Positions 24,324 to 34,072 of a stretch of 64,000 nt of DNA are shown piece by piece. The DNA is taken from the NCBI GenBank assembly GCA_964444785.1, contig CAYUII010000016.1, positions 16,897-80,896 on the forward strand. Direction: 5' to 3'. Within the stretch, counting starts at the first letter, position 1, and the number at the start of each line of letters is the position of its first letter. This stretch comes from an uncultured Bacteroidales bacterium (GTDB lineage: Bacteria; Bacteroidota; Bacteroidia; Bacteroidales; TTA-H9). The position numbers were made by a program, and so were the translations under genes. The notes beneath the pieces are model-generated. The model was given only the letters and a program-made list of their open reading frames with translations, was not told where the DNA came from and did not search any database.

Positions 24324-25517
24324 ATGGATAGAACTGACGCAGTTAAAAAAATTCTCTATGTTGGAGCTGATGCGAGGATAATTAATCAATTTCAGGAGGC
24401 ATCAAAAGACTTTATTCTCTATCAGGCTGAAAACTCTCTTCAGGCAGTTCGTGTCATTACCACTACAGCTGGAATCGATGCGATACTCTGTGAATTGCAT
24501 TTGCCAGGAGATTCAGCTATTGGACTATTTACGTATCTTCAGAAGGAAGACCATATCAGACTTCCCTTTTTTATCGTTACTCATGATTTTGAATCGATAC
24601 ATTTTAAGGAAGCACACCTAAAAGGAGTTAATGACTTTTTTGTAACTCCACTTAATCTTCAACATTTTTCTTATAGAATAGATTTTGTAAAAAAGTATTA
24701 CAAACGATATGCGGATCAGGTACCCGTATTCATGAAAACGGATGACTATAAACTTGATATTAAAAAGCGAATTTTTGATATAGTAGTCGCAAGTTCAGCG
24801 TTAATCCTTCTTTCACCAATACTTTTATTAAGTGTTTTTGCTATCTGGGCAGAATCTGGATTCAAAGGAAAGGTTTACTATATAAGTAAACGTTTTGGAC
24901 GGTACCAGGCGTTTGATTTTTATAAGCTTAGAAGCATGAGTTTAGATGCTGATAAGAAGCTAAAAGATCTAAAGCACCTTAACCAGTATACAAGTGAGAA
25001 AGAGAACACAGTAGATGAGTCCGAAATTGATAAATGCCCAAGGTGTACACAATTACCAGAAGGTCAGTTTTGCTCTCAACCGTTGAATTATGGAATGACT
25101 AGAGTTTGTGAATTCTGGTTCTTGGAAATGAAGAGAAAAAAAGGACAAGCAGCCTTTATTAAAATTAAGGATGACCCTAGAATAACAAAAATTGGAAAAA
25201 TTTTAAGGAATACTAGTATAGACGAACTTCCTCAATTAATAAATGTCCTAAAGGGAGATATGTCTATAGTAGGCAATCGCCCCCTACCACTATATGAAGC
25301 AAACATGCTTACAACTGATCAATTTAGTGAGCGTTTTGGTGCACCAGCCGGAATTACCGGATTATGGCAGGTAGAGAAAAGAGGCAGAAAAGGACCAATG
25401 AGTGAAGAAGAAAGAAAGATGCTCGATAACAATTATGCACTAAACAATTCATTTTGGGGAGACATAAAGCTTATTCTAAGAACTATTCCCGCACTCTTTC
25501 AGAAAGAAAACGTTTAA
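24324..25517 (+). CDS. Pseudo-receiver domain fused to a bacterial sugar (phosphoglycosyl) transferase
   Basis: The C-terminal half has KRIFDIVVASSALILLSPILLL, DDPRITKIGKILRNTSIDELPQLINVLKGDMSIVGNRP and PGITGLWQV. In the N-terminal receiver-like fold the acidic pair is degenerate (YVGADA), the phospho-Asp position is Glu (LCELHLPG) and the conserved Lys is Thr (FFVTPL). Confidence 0.85.
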   Translation: MDRTDAVKKILYVGADARIINQFQEASKDFILYQAENSLQAVRVITTTAGIDAILCELHLPGDSAIGLFTYLQKEDHIRLPFFIVTHDFESIHFKEAHLKGVNDFFVTPLNLQHFSYRIDFVKKYYKRYADQVPVFMKTDDYKLDIKKRIFDIVVASSALILLSPILLLSVFAIWAESGFKGKVYYISKRFGRYQAFDFYKLRSMSLDADKKLKDLKHLNQYTSEKENTVDESEIDKCPRCTQLPEGQFCSQPLNYGMTRVCEFWFLEMKRKKGQAAFIKIKDDPRITKIGKILRNTSIDELPQLINVLKGDMSIVGNRPLPLYEANMLTTDQFSERFGAPAGITGLWQVEKRGRKGPMSEEERKMLDNNYALNNSFWGDIKLILRTIPALFQKENV

Positions 25518-25518
25518 T

Positions 25519-26295
25519 ATGATGCTTCAATCTGTTATAAAGACTAGAATTCTAATTCTTCTGATCTTCATTTTAGGTTATAATCCAATATTTGCTCAGC
25601 AGGAAGATGCTGATACCAATTTTGTTTTTAATCCTATTGTTGAAGATATCACTGATCGTATCCCACCTTTACAAACATTAATCGATTCAGCACTACAGTA
25701 CTCTCCTCTTATGCGGCAGAAAGATGCGACAGTTGATTTAGGAAAGTACAATTATCTTACTCAAAAGCGACAATTGCTTTCAAATATTGCGTTCAATGGT
25801 AATGTAACTTATGGTTATAGTGGAATTTATTCAACAACCGATAATGTTACCTCTACTATAGACCAATACATGCAAAGAGCAGACTGGCGCTACAATGTTG
25901 GTGCTACACTAAGAATTTCAATTTATGACCTAGTTAATCGCTCGAATCTATTAAATATTACACGGAAAAATTGGGAAATTGCAGTAAGTCAAAAAGAAGA
26001 ACAAATTTTTGCTATAAGAAAAGAGGTTACTTTTATGTATAATGACCTGCTTCTTAAACAAAAGCTTCTGAAAATTGCATCGGACAATATGCTTACATCC
26101 AAAATGAGAATGGTTATGGCTGAAAAGAAGTTTATAAATAACCAGCTCTCATTGGAAGAGATGTCGAGGTTAATGGAGTATAACTCTTCTGTTCAGATGG
26201 AGTATGAAACAAGGAAGAACGACTTCATGAATACCTATACCCTTCTAGAATTAACGACTGGCATTAAGTTTAATGCATTGAATAAGATCGATTAA
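25519..26295 (+). CDS. Short TolC/OEP-like outer-membrane protein
   Basis: Signal peptide. The helical-repeat pattern resembles one half of an outer membrane efflux protein. Weak call. Confidence 0.4.
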   Translation: MMLQSVIKTRILILLIFILGYNPIFAQQEDADTNFVFNPIVEDITDRIPPLQTLIDSALQYSPLMRQKDATVDLGKYNYLTQKRQLLSNIAFNGNVTYGYSGIYSTTDNVTSTIDQYMQRADWRYNVGATLRISIYDLVNRSNLLNITRKNWEIAVSQKEEQIFAIRKEVTFMYNDLLLKQKLLKIASDNMLTSKMRMVMAEKKFINNQLSLEEMSRLMEYNSSVQMEYETRKNDFMNTYTLLELTTGIKFNALNKID

Positions 26296-26305
26296 ATATC
26301 TACAA

Positions 26306-28912
26306 ATGAATCTCGTAAGAATTGTAAAACTATTCAGAAAGAACTTGGTACTTCTTTTATTAGTACCAATGATTCTCGCTGTATTGGTTAAACAGTTGAC
26401 GAAAGACGAGATTCTTAAATATGAATCAGAAACGACACTATACACTGGTTTAGCTTCTGGCTCAAGTGTGGAAACCAAAAATTTTAGCCTTTTTGAAACC
26501 AATAATGCTTTCGATAATCTCCTGAATTTAATAAAATCAAGGGAGGTTGCTTCTGAGACGAGCATACGATTACTAGTTCAACACTTATCTCTTACCCATC
26601 CCGATCCAACCATCCTTCTAAATGATAACTATAAATGGGTGCATAAGTTTGTACCTTCCTATGTGAAGAAGCTGGTAATTCAGAGCATTGATTCCACACA
26701 TCTAAACTCAAGAAGCCAACCAACGGATACGGTCTATCTCGCAAATGGGGACATTGTCTTTAAGAATAAATTGTACCATTTTGTTAAAAAGAGCGAAACT
26801 CTCTTTACACTTGCAAGAAATTATGGTGTCAGTATTAATTCAATAATGAATCATAATACTTTAGAATCTGAAGAGTTAATGGAAGGATTACCCATTGTGA
26901 TTAAAGATGGAAATGATTCTCTGGGAATTGCCCTTTTTGATTCAACACAACTTCAAATTGAGAGTTCTTCTGAAATAAATAGTCCATATGAGAAATCTGT
27001 AAGAAATTTAATTACCTATTTAAACTCATCTGATACTAATTTCCTTTATGGGCTGTTAAATTCAAAAAATCCATATTATAGTTTAGGTGCTATTTCTTCA
27101 GTAGTAGCTAGAAGAGTTCAGAGTAGTGATTTAGTGTCAATCAAGTATTCTAGTTTTGATCCAGCTATTTGTATGCATACTTTAAATTTTATGACAAAAG
27201 TAGTCATAGGAAAGTTTAAAGATATAAAGGAAAATCAAAGCGACGCAGTTGTTAAATATTTTTTAAACGAGGTAAAGAAGACTGCTGATAGATTACAAAA
27301 TGCAGAAGATAGACTTCTGGAATTTAACAAAAAGAATAATATCATTAACTATCAGGAACAATCACGAGCGGTTGCTATTGTAAAAGAAGATTTAAACAGA
27401 AATTTTACTGAAGTAAAGTTGAAGTTTGAAGCCGCTGCTGCCGTTTTAAAAAGGTTGGAACAGAAAATGGGGATGCAGCAAGCAATTCAATTAAAAACAA
27501 GTAAAATTCTTGAACTTAGAAATCAGCTTGCAGAAGTTCAAACTCGCATAACCTTAACTGAATCGTTTGAAGATCCTGATCCCAAGAATAGAGCAAAGCT
27601 GCAAGAACTTAAAAGTGAAGCTGATAAAACAAAAAAGCTACTTACTCAAGAAGTGGAGCAGCTTTATAATAACAATGTAGCTCTAGATGGTGTACCAATA
27701 GATGATGTCTTTACTGCCTGGCTTGATAATGTAATAAAGTATGAAGAAGCTCGTGCCGGGGTTAAGGTTATGACTAATTTTGAGCGAGATTATTATGAAT
27801 ATTACAAAACATTTGCTCCATTAGGCGCTACCCAAAAAAGGCTCGAACGGGAAATTAATGTTGTTGAGCAAGAATACCTCTCTTTGCTACATTCCTTGAA
27901 TTTAAGTAAGCTAAAACAACAAGATGTTGAATTAAGTAGTGATATAAAAGCATTAGATCCTCCTTATTTCCCATTGAAACCGATACCAGGAAAAGCTGGG
28001 CTTATGGTAGTAGTAGCTGGTGTAATGGGTTTTGTATTGGTTATATTCTTGATTCTTGCTCTTGAATTTCTTAACAATAATATTAGAACAGCCGAACGGT
28101 TAGAAGAATTTTCCAGATTAAAACAAGCAGGCGTATTACCTCGAATTATGCTAGAATATAGTAACTTTAATCTGGATTTTATCATTGCTAGACTAAGTGA
28201 TCAAATTACCCAAGAAGCTAGGTTAGCTGCAAAGCATACAAATGGGAATTTAATTAAGCCTAAAGTTATTGTTTTAGCTAGTACGATGGAAAAAGAGGGA
28301 AAGACCATTGTTGGTACTCTATTGGCTTCAAAGCTTAGAGCATATGGTGAAAAGGTCGCTTTTTTGATGCCAGAAAACACAAATCGAGATAATATTTTAA
28401 GTGCAGGTTATTTTGACAAGAGAAGGCAATTTTTTAAACTTGGCGGAAAAATTTTTCACCTTCTAAGAGGAACAGTAATTAGCAAAATTGAGATATCTTC
28501 TATAGATCCGCATGATGATGATTTTTATTATGAACAAGACCCGCGATTTGTTGAGGCCTCTAATGCTGAACAATTAAAGATTATAGAAAAAAATCCATAT
28601 TTCAATGGTTTTAACTACATTATTATAGAGATTCCAGCCTTAGTTTATAACCCTTATCCATCTGAATTGGTGAAATCTTCAGACATTTCACTTTGGATTG
28701 TTAGGGCTAACAGGGTATGGAAAAATGCTGATAACCTTTGTCTAAGTACATTTATAAAAAGTGTAAATCAAAAACCACTTTCTGTATTAAATGGAGTGGA
28801 GATTGAATTTGTTGAGAATAATTTGGGTGAATTACCTAAAAGACGCTCAATACTTCGAACGCAATTAAAAAAAATATTAAGTTTAAGAATGCATGAACGT
28901 AAGAGTTTGTAA
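26306..28912 (+). CDS. Wzz/Wzc (GumC)-like polysaccharide co-polymerase with LysM insertion and degenerate P-loop domain
   Basis: N-terminal TM, long coiled-coil periplasmic region, second TM (GLMVVVAGVMGFVLVIFLILAL). LysM-like segment (YHFVKKSETLFTLARNYGVSINSIMNHNTL...GLPIVI). C-terminal STMEKEGKT Walker-A-like motif. No Tyr-rich tail. Confidence 0.7.
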   Translation: MNLVRIVKLFRKNLVLLLLVPMILAVLVKQLTKDEILKYESETTLYTGLASGSSVETKNFSLFETNNAFDNLLNLIKSREVASETSIRLLVQHLSLTHPDPTILLNDNYKWVHKFVPSYVKKLVIQSIDSTHLNSRSQPTDTVYLANGDIVFKNKLYHFVKKSETLFTLARNYGVSINSIMNHNTLESEELMEGLPIVIKDGNDSLGIALFDSTQLQIESSSEINSPYEKSVRNLITYLNSSDTNFLYGLLNSKNPYYSLGAISSVVARRVQSSDLVSIKYSSFDPAICMHTLNFMTKVVIGKFKDIKENQSDAVVKYFLNEVKKTADRLQNAEDRLLEFNKKNNIINYQEQSRAVAIVKEDLNRNFTEVKLKFEAAAAVLKRLEQKMGMQQAIQLKTSKILELRNQLAEVQTRITLTESFEDPDPKNRAKLQELKSEADKTKKLLTQEVEQLYNNNVALDGVPIDDVFTAWLDNVIKYEEARAGVKVMTNFERDYYEYYKTFAPLGATQKRLEREINVVEQEYLSLLHSLNLSKLKQQDVELSSDIKALDPPYFPLKPIPGKAGLMVVVAGVMGFVLVIFLILALEFLNNNIRTAERLEEFSRLKQAGVLPRIMLEYSNFNLDFIIARLSDQITQEARLAAKHTNGNLIKPKVIVLASTMEKEGKTIVGTLLASKLRAYGEKVAFLMPENTNRDNILSAGYFDKRRQFFKLGGKIFHLLRGTVISKIEISSIDPHDDDFYYEQDPRFVEASNAEQLKIIEKNPYFNGFNYIIIEIPALVYNPYPSELVKSSDISLWIVRANRVWKNADNLCLSTFIKSVNQKPLSVLNGVEIEFVENNLGELPKRRSILRTQLKKILSLRMHERKSL

Positions 28913-28928
28913 GCATTCCTCTTAAAGT

Positions 28929-30269
28929 ATGGGGGTTAAAAGTCTTTTAAATAGCAACAGCACATTATCCTTCTTAGGAAACCTGTTTGTTTCAGTCGCT
29001 GGAATGATTAATTTTATGCTTATAGCTCGTTTAGTCTCAACTGAGGAGTTAGGTCAATATGCAATTTTTTTAGCCGCAAGTACATTTTTGGAAATGATAA
29101 GATTAGGCTTAACCCATAATGGTCTGATTCGATTCCTAGCCACTGACTCTGAACTAGAAGGGAAACAACTCATTGGAACCGCTTATTTTATCGGCATATT
29201 TCTTGCGTTACTTTTAGCTTTAGTGTTAACAACAATCTATAATTCAGTCTGTAATAAAGCAGAATGTTTTGGTGCCTACCACCTTTTTATGTTTTGGTAT
29301 CCTGTATTCTCGATTGTAACATTTCCACTTAAAAATACTATCACCCTTTTACAGGCAGATTTAAAATTTGGACTCATTTTAGTTTATAGAATTCTAAATA
29401 TTGTTCCATTGACTTTGTATTTAGTTTGGGCGATATTTTCACCACAAGAAGAATCTATTAATAATTTGATGGTACTTATGATATTCTCTTCAGGGATTCT
29501 TTCTCTTGTTACTATTATTTTACGACGAGACGGGGCAGATAAACTGAAGTACATCAATAAACAATCATTCGATAAACTTTTTCAATTTGGAAAATTCAAC
29601 TCTCTAACCTTATTAGGAACTAATCTTCTTCAAAGTATTGATATGTTTTTAATAGGTCTTAGTCCCCTTGGTTCAGTTGCTGTCGCAATCTATAGCATAC
29701 CATTAAAATATATCGAGGTAATGCAAATGCCATTACGAAGCCTTGTAGCCGCAGCGTATCCATTGATGGCTAAATTGGCTGAAAAAAAAGACTGGGTGGG
29801 CTTCAAGCAACTTCTTTACTCAAGAAGTGGATTTCTTTTTATTGCATTTATTCCTATTTGTTTGATTTTAATAATTTTGGCTCCATGGTTTATTAAAATA
29901 ATTGCGGGGAATGATTTTTATGAAGCAAATGGTATTTTATCATCAAGGTTACTAATACTGTTCGCCATAGTGGCATTGTTTATGCCTTTTGATAAATTTA
30001 GCGGCGCTGCCCTTGATGCAATGAATCGGCCCCAATCTAATACAAAAAAGGTTTTTATTATGCTCTTGATAAATACTTTGGTTGATGTCATTGCACTTTG
30101 GGGTTTTTCTAGTCTTAATCTTATGGCGGTTGGATCTATTCTTTATACGTTGGCGGGCGGTATAGTAGGCTATTATTTTCTTGCGGATAAATTTACATTC
30201 TCGCCAAAAGAGTTAATCAAAGAGGGCATTTCTTCTTTTAATATTCTATTCTCCCTGTTCAGATTCTAA
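28929..30269 (+). CDS. Wzx-type oligosaccharide flippase (MOP superfamily)
   Basis: 446 aa, about 12 TM segments, typical polysaccharide biosynthesis protein organisation. Confidence 0.7.
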   Translation: MGVKSLLNSNSTLSFLGNLFVSVAGMINFMLIARLVSTEELGQYAIFLAASTFLEMIRLGLTHNGLIRFLATDSELEGKQLIGTAYFIGIFLALLLALVLTTIYNSVCNKAECFGAYHLFMFWYPVFSIVTFPLKNTITLLQADLKFGLILVYRILNIVPLTLYLVWAIFSPQEESINNLMVLMIFSSGILSLVTIILRRDGADKLKYINKQSFDKLFQFGKFNSLTLLGTNLLQSIDMFLIGLSPLGSVAVAIYSIPLKYIEVMQMPLRSLVAAAYPLMAKLAEKKDWVGFKQLLYSRSGFLFIAFIPICLILIILAPWFIKIIAGNDFYEANGILSSRLLILFAIVALFMPFDKFSGAALDAMNRPQSNTKKVFIMLLINTLVDVIALWGFSSLNLMAVGSILYTLAGGIVGYYFLADKFTFSPKELIKEGISSFNILFSLFRF

Positions 30270-30285
30270 GGGAAATAGCCTATTT

Positions 30286-31830
30286 TTGATTTCTATGAGC
30301 AATCCGTTTATCAAACACGAGGGTGCTGGTTGGTTACAGGTACCAATGGTTTCTGTGTCCATCCTGTTTTTTACCCTACTATTAGGATACCTTATCGGGG
30401 TAGGTGGTATCGGAATAGCTGGCGCATTGTTGTTGCTCCCTTTCGGTATTGTCTTTTTTTTCTTTTTAATTAAAAAACCGGAAATAGGTTTATACACAAT
30501 AGTTTTTGTTAGTTACATCCTTCTTGGTAGTTCTCGTTACATAGAACTTCCATTTCCTAGTGGAGTCATCATGGATGCTCTGATTCTCTTAACTCTCTTT
30601 GCTATATACATTGTTCATTTTCCATCAAAACCAGATTGGAGTATCGTCAAGAGAGATACCGTTATTACGGGATTAATTTGGTTTAGCTATTGTATTTTTC
30701 AAGTTGTTAATCCTGAAGCTAAAAGCTTTGCTGCATGGATGTCAGCCATCAGACCAATGGGTTTCTACCCATTCATTTTACCCATATTAGCCGTTTATTT
30801 ACTAAAAACGCCTGATAAAGTAAGAGTCTTACTTTATATATGGGGTATTATGTCATTACTTGGAACATTGAAAGGGATATCTCAATTATATATCGGAGTC
30901 GATCGATGGGAACAAAAATGGCTAGATGGAGGCGCAAATTTAACTCATGTACTATTTGGTAGATTAAGAGTTTTTTCATTCTATTCTGATGCTGGTCAGT
31001 TTGGGGGTAATCAGGCCTATACTGGAGTGATTTTTATTATTGCTTCCATAGGAGCTAGAACACTTAAGGATAGGATTTTTTTCCTTATCGTTGGTATAAT
31101 GGGAATTTATGGTATGTTTTTGTCGGGTACGAGGGGGTCAATGGCTGTTCCTTTTGCCGGCTTTGCCCTATTCTTCCTTCATCGAAAAAACCTAACGATG
31201 ATTGTTGTAGGAGCATTATTAGGACTTGTCGTTTTTGTCTTCTTTAAATACACAACTATCGGTCAAGGAAACTATCAGATCAATAGAATGCGAACAGCAT
31301 TCAATCCTGAAGATGCTTCTTTACAAGTTAGGCTTGAAAATCAAAAGATTCTAAAAGTTTATATGGCAACTCGCCCTTTAGGTGGCGGATTGGGGCATGG
31401 TGGAGGAAAAGCAAAAAAATACCTTCCTTATGCCTTTTTATCAAATGTTCCTACTGACAGCTGGTATGTCCTTATTTGGGTAGAGCTAGGTGTTGTTGGT
31501 TTAATAATCCATCTAATAATCTTGTTTTATATCCTAATTAAGGGATCATACTACTTAATGTTTAGAATAAGAGATAAACTAATTCAATCCATCATGAGTG
31601 GTTTCGCCTGTGGCATGCTCGGAATTATGGCTGCAAGCTATGGAAATGCGATCATCGGCCAAATGCCTTCAGGACAAAGTGTATATATCGCTATGGGATT
31701 GATGCTAAATTCAGTTGCTATGGATAAACGAGAGAGAATACGTAAAAGAAAGGCAACCTGCAAAACAAAATTTCGTGCACTTCAAAATAAACAAAAAGAT
31801 TATCCTCGAATTGAGATTAGTTATAGATAG
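30286..31830 (+). CDS. Wzy/O-antigen ligase-like polymerase
   Basis: 514 aa polytopic membrane protein with an SGTRGSM loop as in O-antigen ligase/Wzy_C domains. Confidence 0.65.
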   Translation: MISMSNPFIKHEGAGWLQVPMVSVSILFFTLLLGYLIGVGGIGIAGALLLLPFGIVFFFFLIKKPEIGLYTIVFVSYILLGSSRYIELPFPSGVIMDALILLTLFAIYIVHFPSKPDWSIVKRDTVITGLIWFSYCIFQVVNPEAKSFAAWMSAIRPMGFYPFILPILAVYLLKTPDKVRVLLYIWGIMSLLGTLKGISQLYIGVDRWEQKWLDGGANLTHVLFGRLRVFSFYSDAGQFGGNQAYTGVIFIIASIGARTLKDRIFFLIVGIMGIYGMFLSGTRGSMAVPFAGFALFFLHRKNLTMIVVGALLGLVVFVFFKYTTIGQGNYQINRMRTAFNPEDASLQVRLENQKILKVYMATRPLGGGLGHGGGKAKKYLPYAFLSNVPTDSWYVLIWVELGVVGLIIHLIILFYILIKGSYYLMFRIRDKLIQSIMSGFACGMLGIMAASYGNAIIGQMPSGQSVYIAMGLMLNSVAMDKRERIRKRKATCKTKFRALQNKQKDYPRIEISYR

Positions 31831-31855
31831 AAAATGTGCTTTTATACATATATAA

Positions 31856-32695
31856 ATGAATGAAAAAATATCGAGAGAACAGATTGTATTCTTCTCTTTA
31901 AAGGCTGGACTTGAAGCCGCTAATATCCTTCTCAAATATTATGACGCTTTAAAAAGCTATGAGATTGAATTAAAGTCAGATGGCTCACCTGTTACCATTG
32001 CTGATAATGAATCTGATGGTAAAATACGTGAATTACTTGCCCCATCAGGGATCTATATCATTAGTGAAGAAACGGAAGTTTCGGAGGAAAGACTGTCACG
32101 AGAGTTGGTTTGGCTTGTTGATCCATTGGATGGAACAAAAGAATTTATAAAAAAAAATGGCGAATTCTCAGTTAATATCGCACTTATTAGAAATACTAGA
32201 CCCTACTTTGGCCTCATTATAGCTCCAGCGAAAGGACTAATCTGTTATGGTTTTGCTGATGATAAACCTTTATTTGGAACGATAAAAACGGAAGAGTTCA
32301 TGGGAATCGAAGTTGATCAAATTCTTTCACTATGTAAACCAATTCAGTCAAGTCTCCAAAAAAGAAATGAAGTCACTAAAATTGGAAGTCGATCACATGC
32401 GGATCCTAAAGAGCAAGACTTGATAAACTGTTGGTTGCCTAATAAAACCATCGAATCTTCTATCCAAGTAGGTAGTGCTTTGAAGTTTATCACCATGGCT
32501 TTTGGCACAGCCGATATCTATTTGCGAACCACTCCTACAATGGAATGGGATACAGCTGCTGGCCATGCTTTGCTTTTAGGATGTGGTGGAAATATATTCG
32601 ACCTTAATTCAAAACGCCCATTAGTTTATAACAAAACCAATCTTCTAAATCCTGGGTTTGTAGCATTAAGAGATGCTGATTTTCAGTCACTATAG
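31856..32695 (+). CDS. cysQ: 3'(2'),5'-bisphosphate nucleotidase (inositol monophosphatase family)
   Basis: WLVDPLDGTKEFI and WDTAAGHALL motifs. Confidence 0.75.
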   Translation: MNEKISREQIVFFSLKAGLEAANILLKYYDALKSYEIELKSDGSPVTIADNESDGKIRELLAPSGIYIISEETEVSEERLSRELVWLVDPLDGTKEFIKKNGEFSVNIALIRNTRPYFGLIIAPAKGLICYGFADDKPLFGTIKTEEFMGIEVDQILSLCKPIQSSLQKRNEVTKIGSRSHADPKEQDLINCWLPNKTIESSIQVGSALKFITMAFGTADIYLRTTPTMEWDTAAGHALLLGCGGNIFDLNSKRPLVYNKTNLLNPGFVALRDADFQSL

Positions 32696-32722
32696 CTTCG
32701 CTCCTCTTTCCTATACTTCTTG
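32696..32722 (-). repeat. Degenerate solo copy of the dispersed repeat (pyrimidine-rich orientation)
   Basis: CTTCGCTCCTCTTTCCTATACTTCTTG starts immediately after the cysQ stop. Confidence 0.4.
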
Positions 32723-32919
32723 AAATCAAAAATCAATGGATCCATATAGTATTAAAATTGACTGTTTGGAATAACCCTATTTCTCCTTGATTTTTGTGCA
32801 GACATCAAAGAAATTATCTTCTAATCTAACAGATGTTAGGATATAGATATTTGCTATGCAAGGCATTACACTTTTAACCAACGGAAAATTATCGCTTCTT
32901 GTCAAAAACTACTTGAATA

Positions 32920-32927
32920 TACTTTTG
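32920..32927 (+). promoter_or_regulatory. -7 promoter motif TActTTTG (internal promoter of the EPS locus)
   Basis: TACTTTTG, 49 nt upstream of the ATG at 32977, within a 281-nt gap. Confidence 0.4.
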
Positions 32928-32976
32928 TTACAACAAAATATGCATTACTTTTATTAAAGAGATAAAAACGATACAT

Positions 32977-33945
32977 ATGAATCCTTTGGTTTCCATTATT
33001 ACCGTTAGTTACAATCATCCTGAGGTTACGATGGATCTTCTTCATTCTCTACAAAAAATATCATACAAACCAGTAGAGATCTTTGTTATAGATAATGCTT
33101 CTCCGAAGGATAATCCCTCTCCTATTCGAGATAAGTTTCCTGAGATACATTTTATAAGACTTAGCGAGAACATTGGTTTTGCTGGAGCTAATAACGTTGG
33201 CATAAAGCTAGCAAAAGGCAAGTATGTCCTCTTGTTAAATAACGATACAGAAGTACCCTCAGGCTTTTTAGAACCCCTTGTTCAAAAAATGGAGGCTAAT
33301 CCACAAATTGGTGTGGTTTCCCCAAAAATCAAATTCTATCATTTCCCTGATACTATCCAATATGCAGGGGTTACCCCTTTTCATCCTTTAACTATTAGAA
33401 CCAAAGGTCTCGGTTATGGAAAAACTGATAAAGGTCAGTTTGAAGTTGATACAAAGACCGCATTTGCTCATGGTGCAGCTATGATGGTATCTATGTCTGC
33501 AATTAAAAAAGCCGGAGTTCTGCCGGATGTCTATTTTTTATACTATGAAGAATTGGATTGGTGTGAGGCGATTCGAAGAGCAGGTTATGAAGTTTGGTAT
33601 GTCCACAATTCTACCGTTCTACATAAAGAATCTGTTTCAACTGGTAGGCTTTCCCCATTGAAAATCTATTATATGAATCGCGCTAGATTGATCTTTTTAC
33701 AAAGAAATTTGAAATTTCCTCTTCTTTGGTTTTCTGTACTGTATCAAATTCTTGTCGCAATACCAAAAAATCTAACCTTCTTTTTGCTAAAGGGTCAGTT
33801 TGATCTTTTTGGGGCCTATTGGAGAGCTCTTTTATGGAACCTAGGCAAACAGCAACATGATAGTATTAAAAGAACTCCTACATTAAGTGAACTCACCGAT
33901 AAAGAAAAGAGTTTAATAATTGAATATCGAGCCCCAACTGTTTAA
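32977..33945 (+). CDS. Glycosyltransferase family 2
   Basis: VSIITVSYNHPE, DNASPKD, LLLNNDTEV (DxD-type) motifs. Confidence 0.85.
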   Translation: MNPLVSIITVSYNHPEVTMDLLHSLQKISYKPVEIFVIDNASPKDNPSPIRDKFPEIHFIRLSENIGFAGANNVGIKLAKGKYVLLLNNDTEVPSGFLEPLVQKMEANPQIGVVSPKIKFYHFPDTIQYAGVTPFHPLTIRTKGLGYGKTDKGQFEVDTKTAFAHGAAMMVSMSAIKKAGVLPDVYFLYYEELDWCEAIRRAGYEVWYVHNSTVLHKESVSTGRLSPLKIYYMNRARLIFLQRNLKFPLLWFSVLYQILVAIPKNLTFFLLKGQFDLFGAYWRALLWNLGKQQHDSIKRTPTLSELTDKEKSLIIEYRAPTV

Positions 33946-34072
33946 TACCGACAAGACTTGCTTCTCTACTAAAAGGAGTGCCAACTTCTATTTTTAAGGG
34001 ATAACACTTGATGTCTTACTTTTCGTTAAAATATAAACTGTCAACAGGATTGAACACACAAAATGGATAATT

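Noticed and set aside
30451-30470. T8 tract in the Wzy-like gene and C7 tract in trmD (1498-1504) as phase-variation switches
   Set aside because: The tracts are short, and trmD is essential. There is nothing to indicate slippage without population data.
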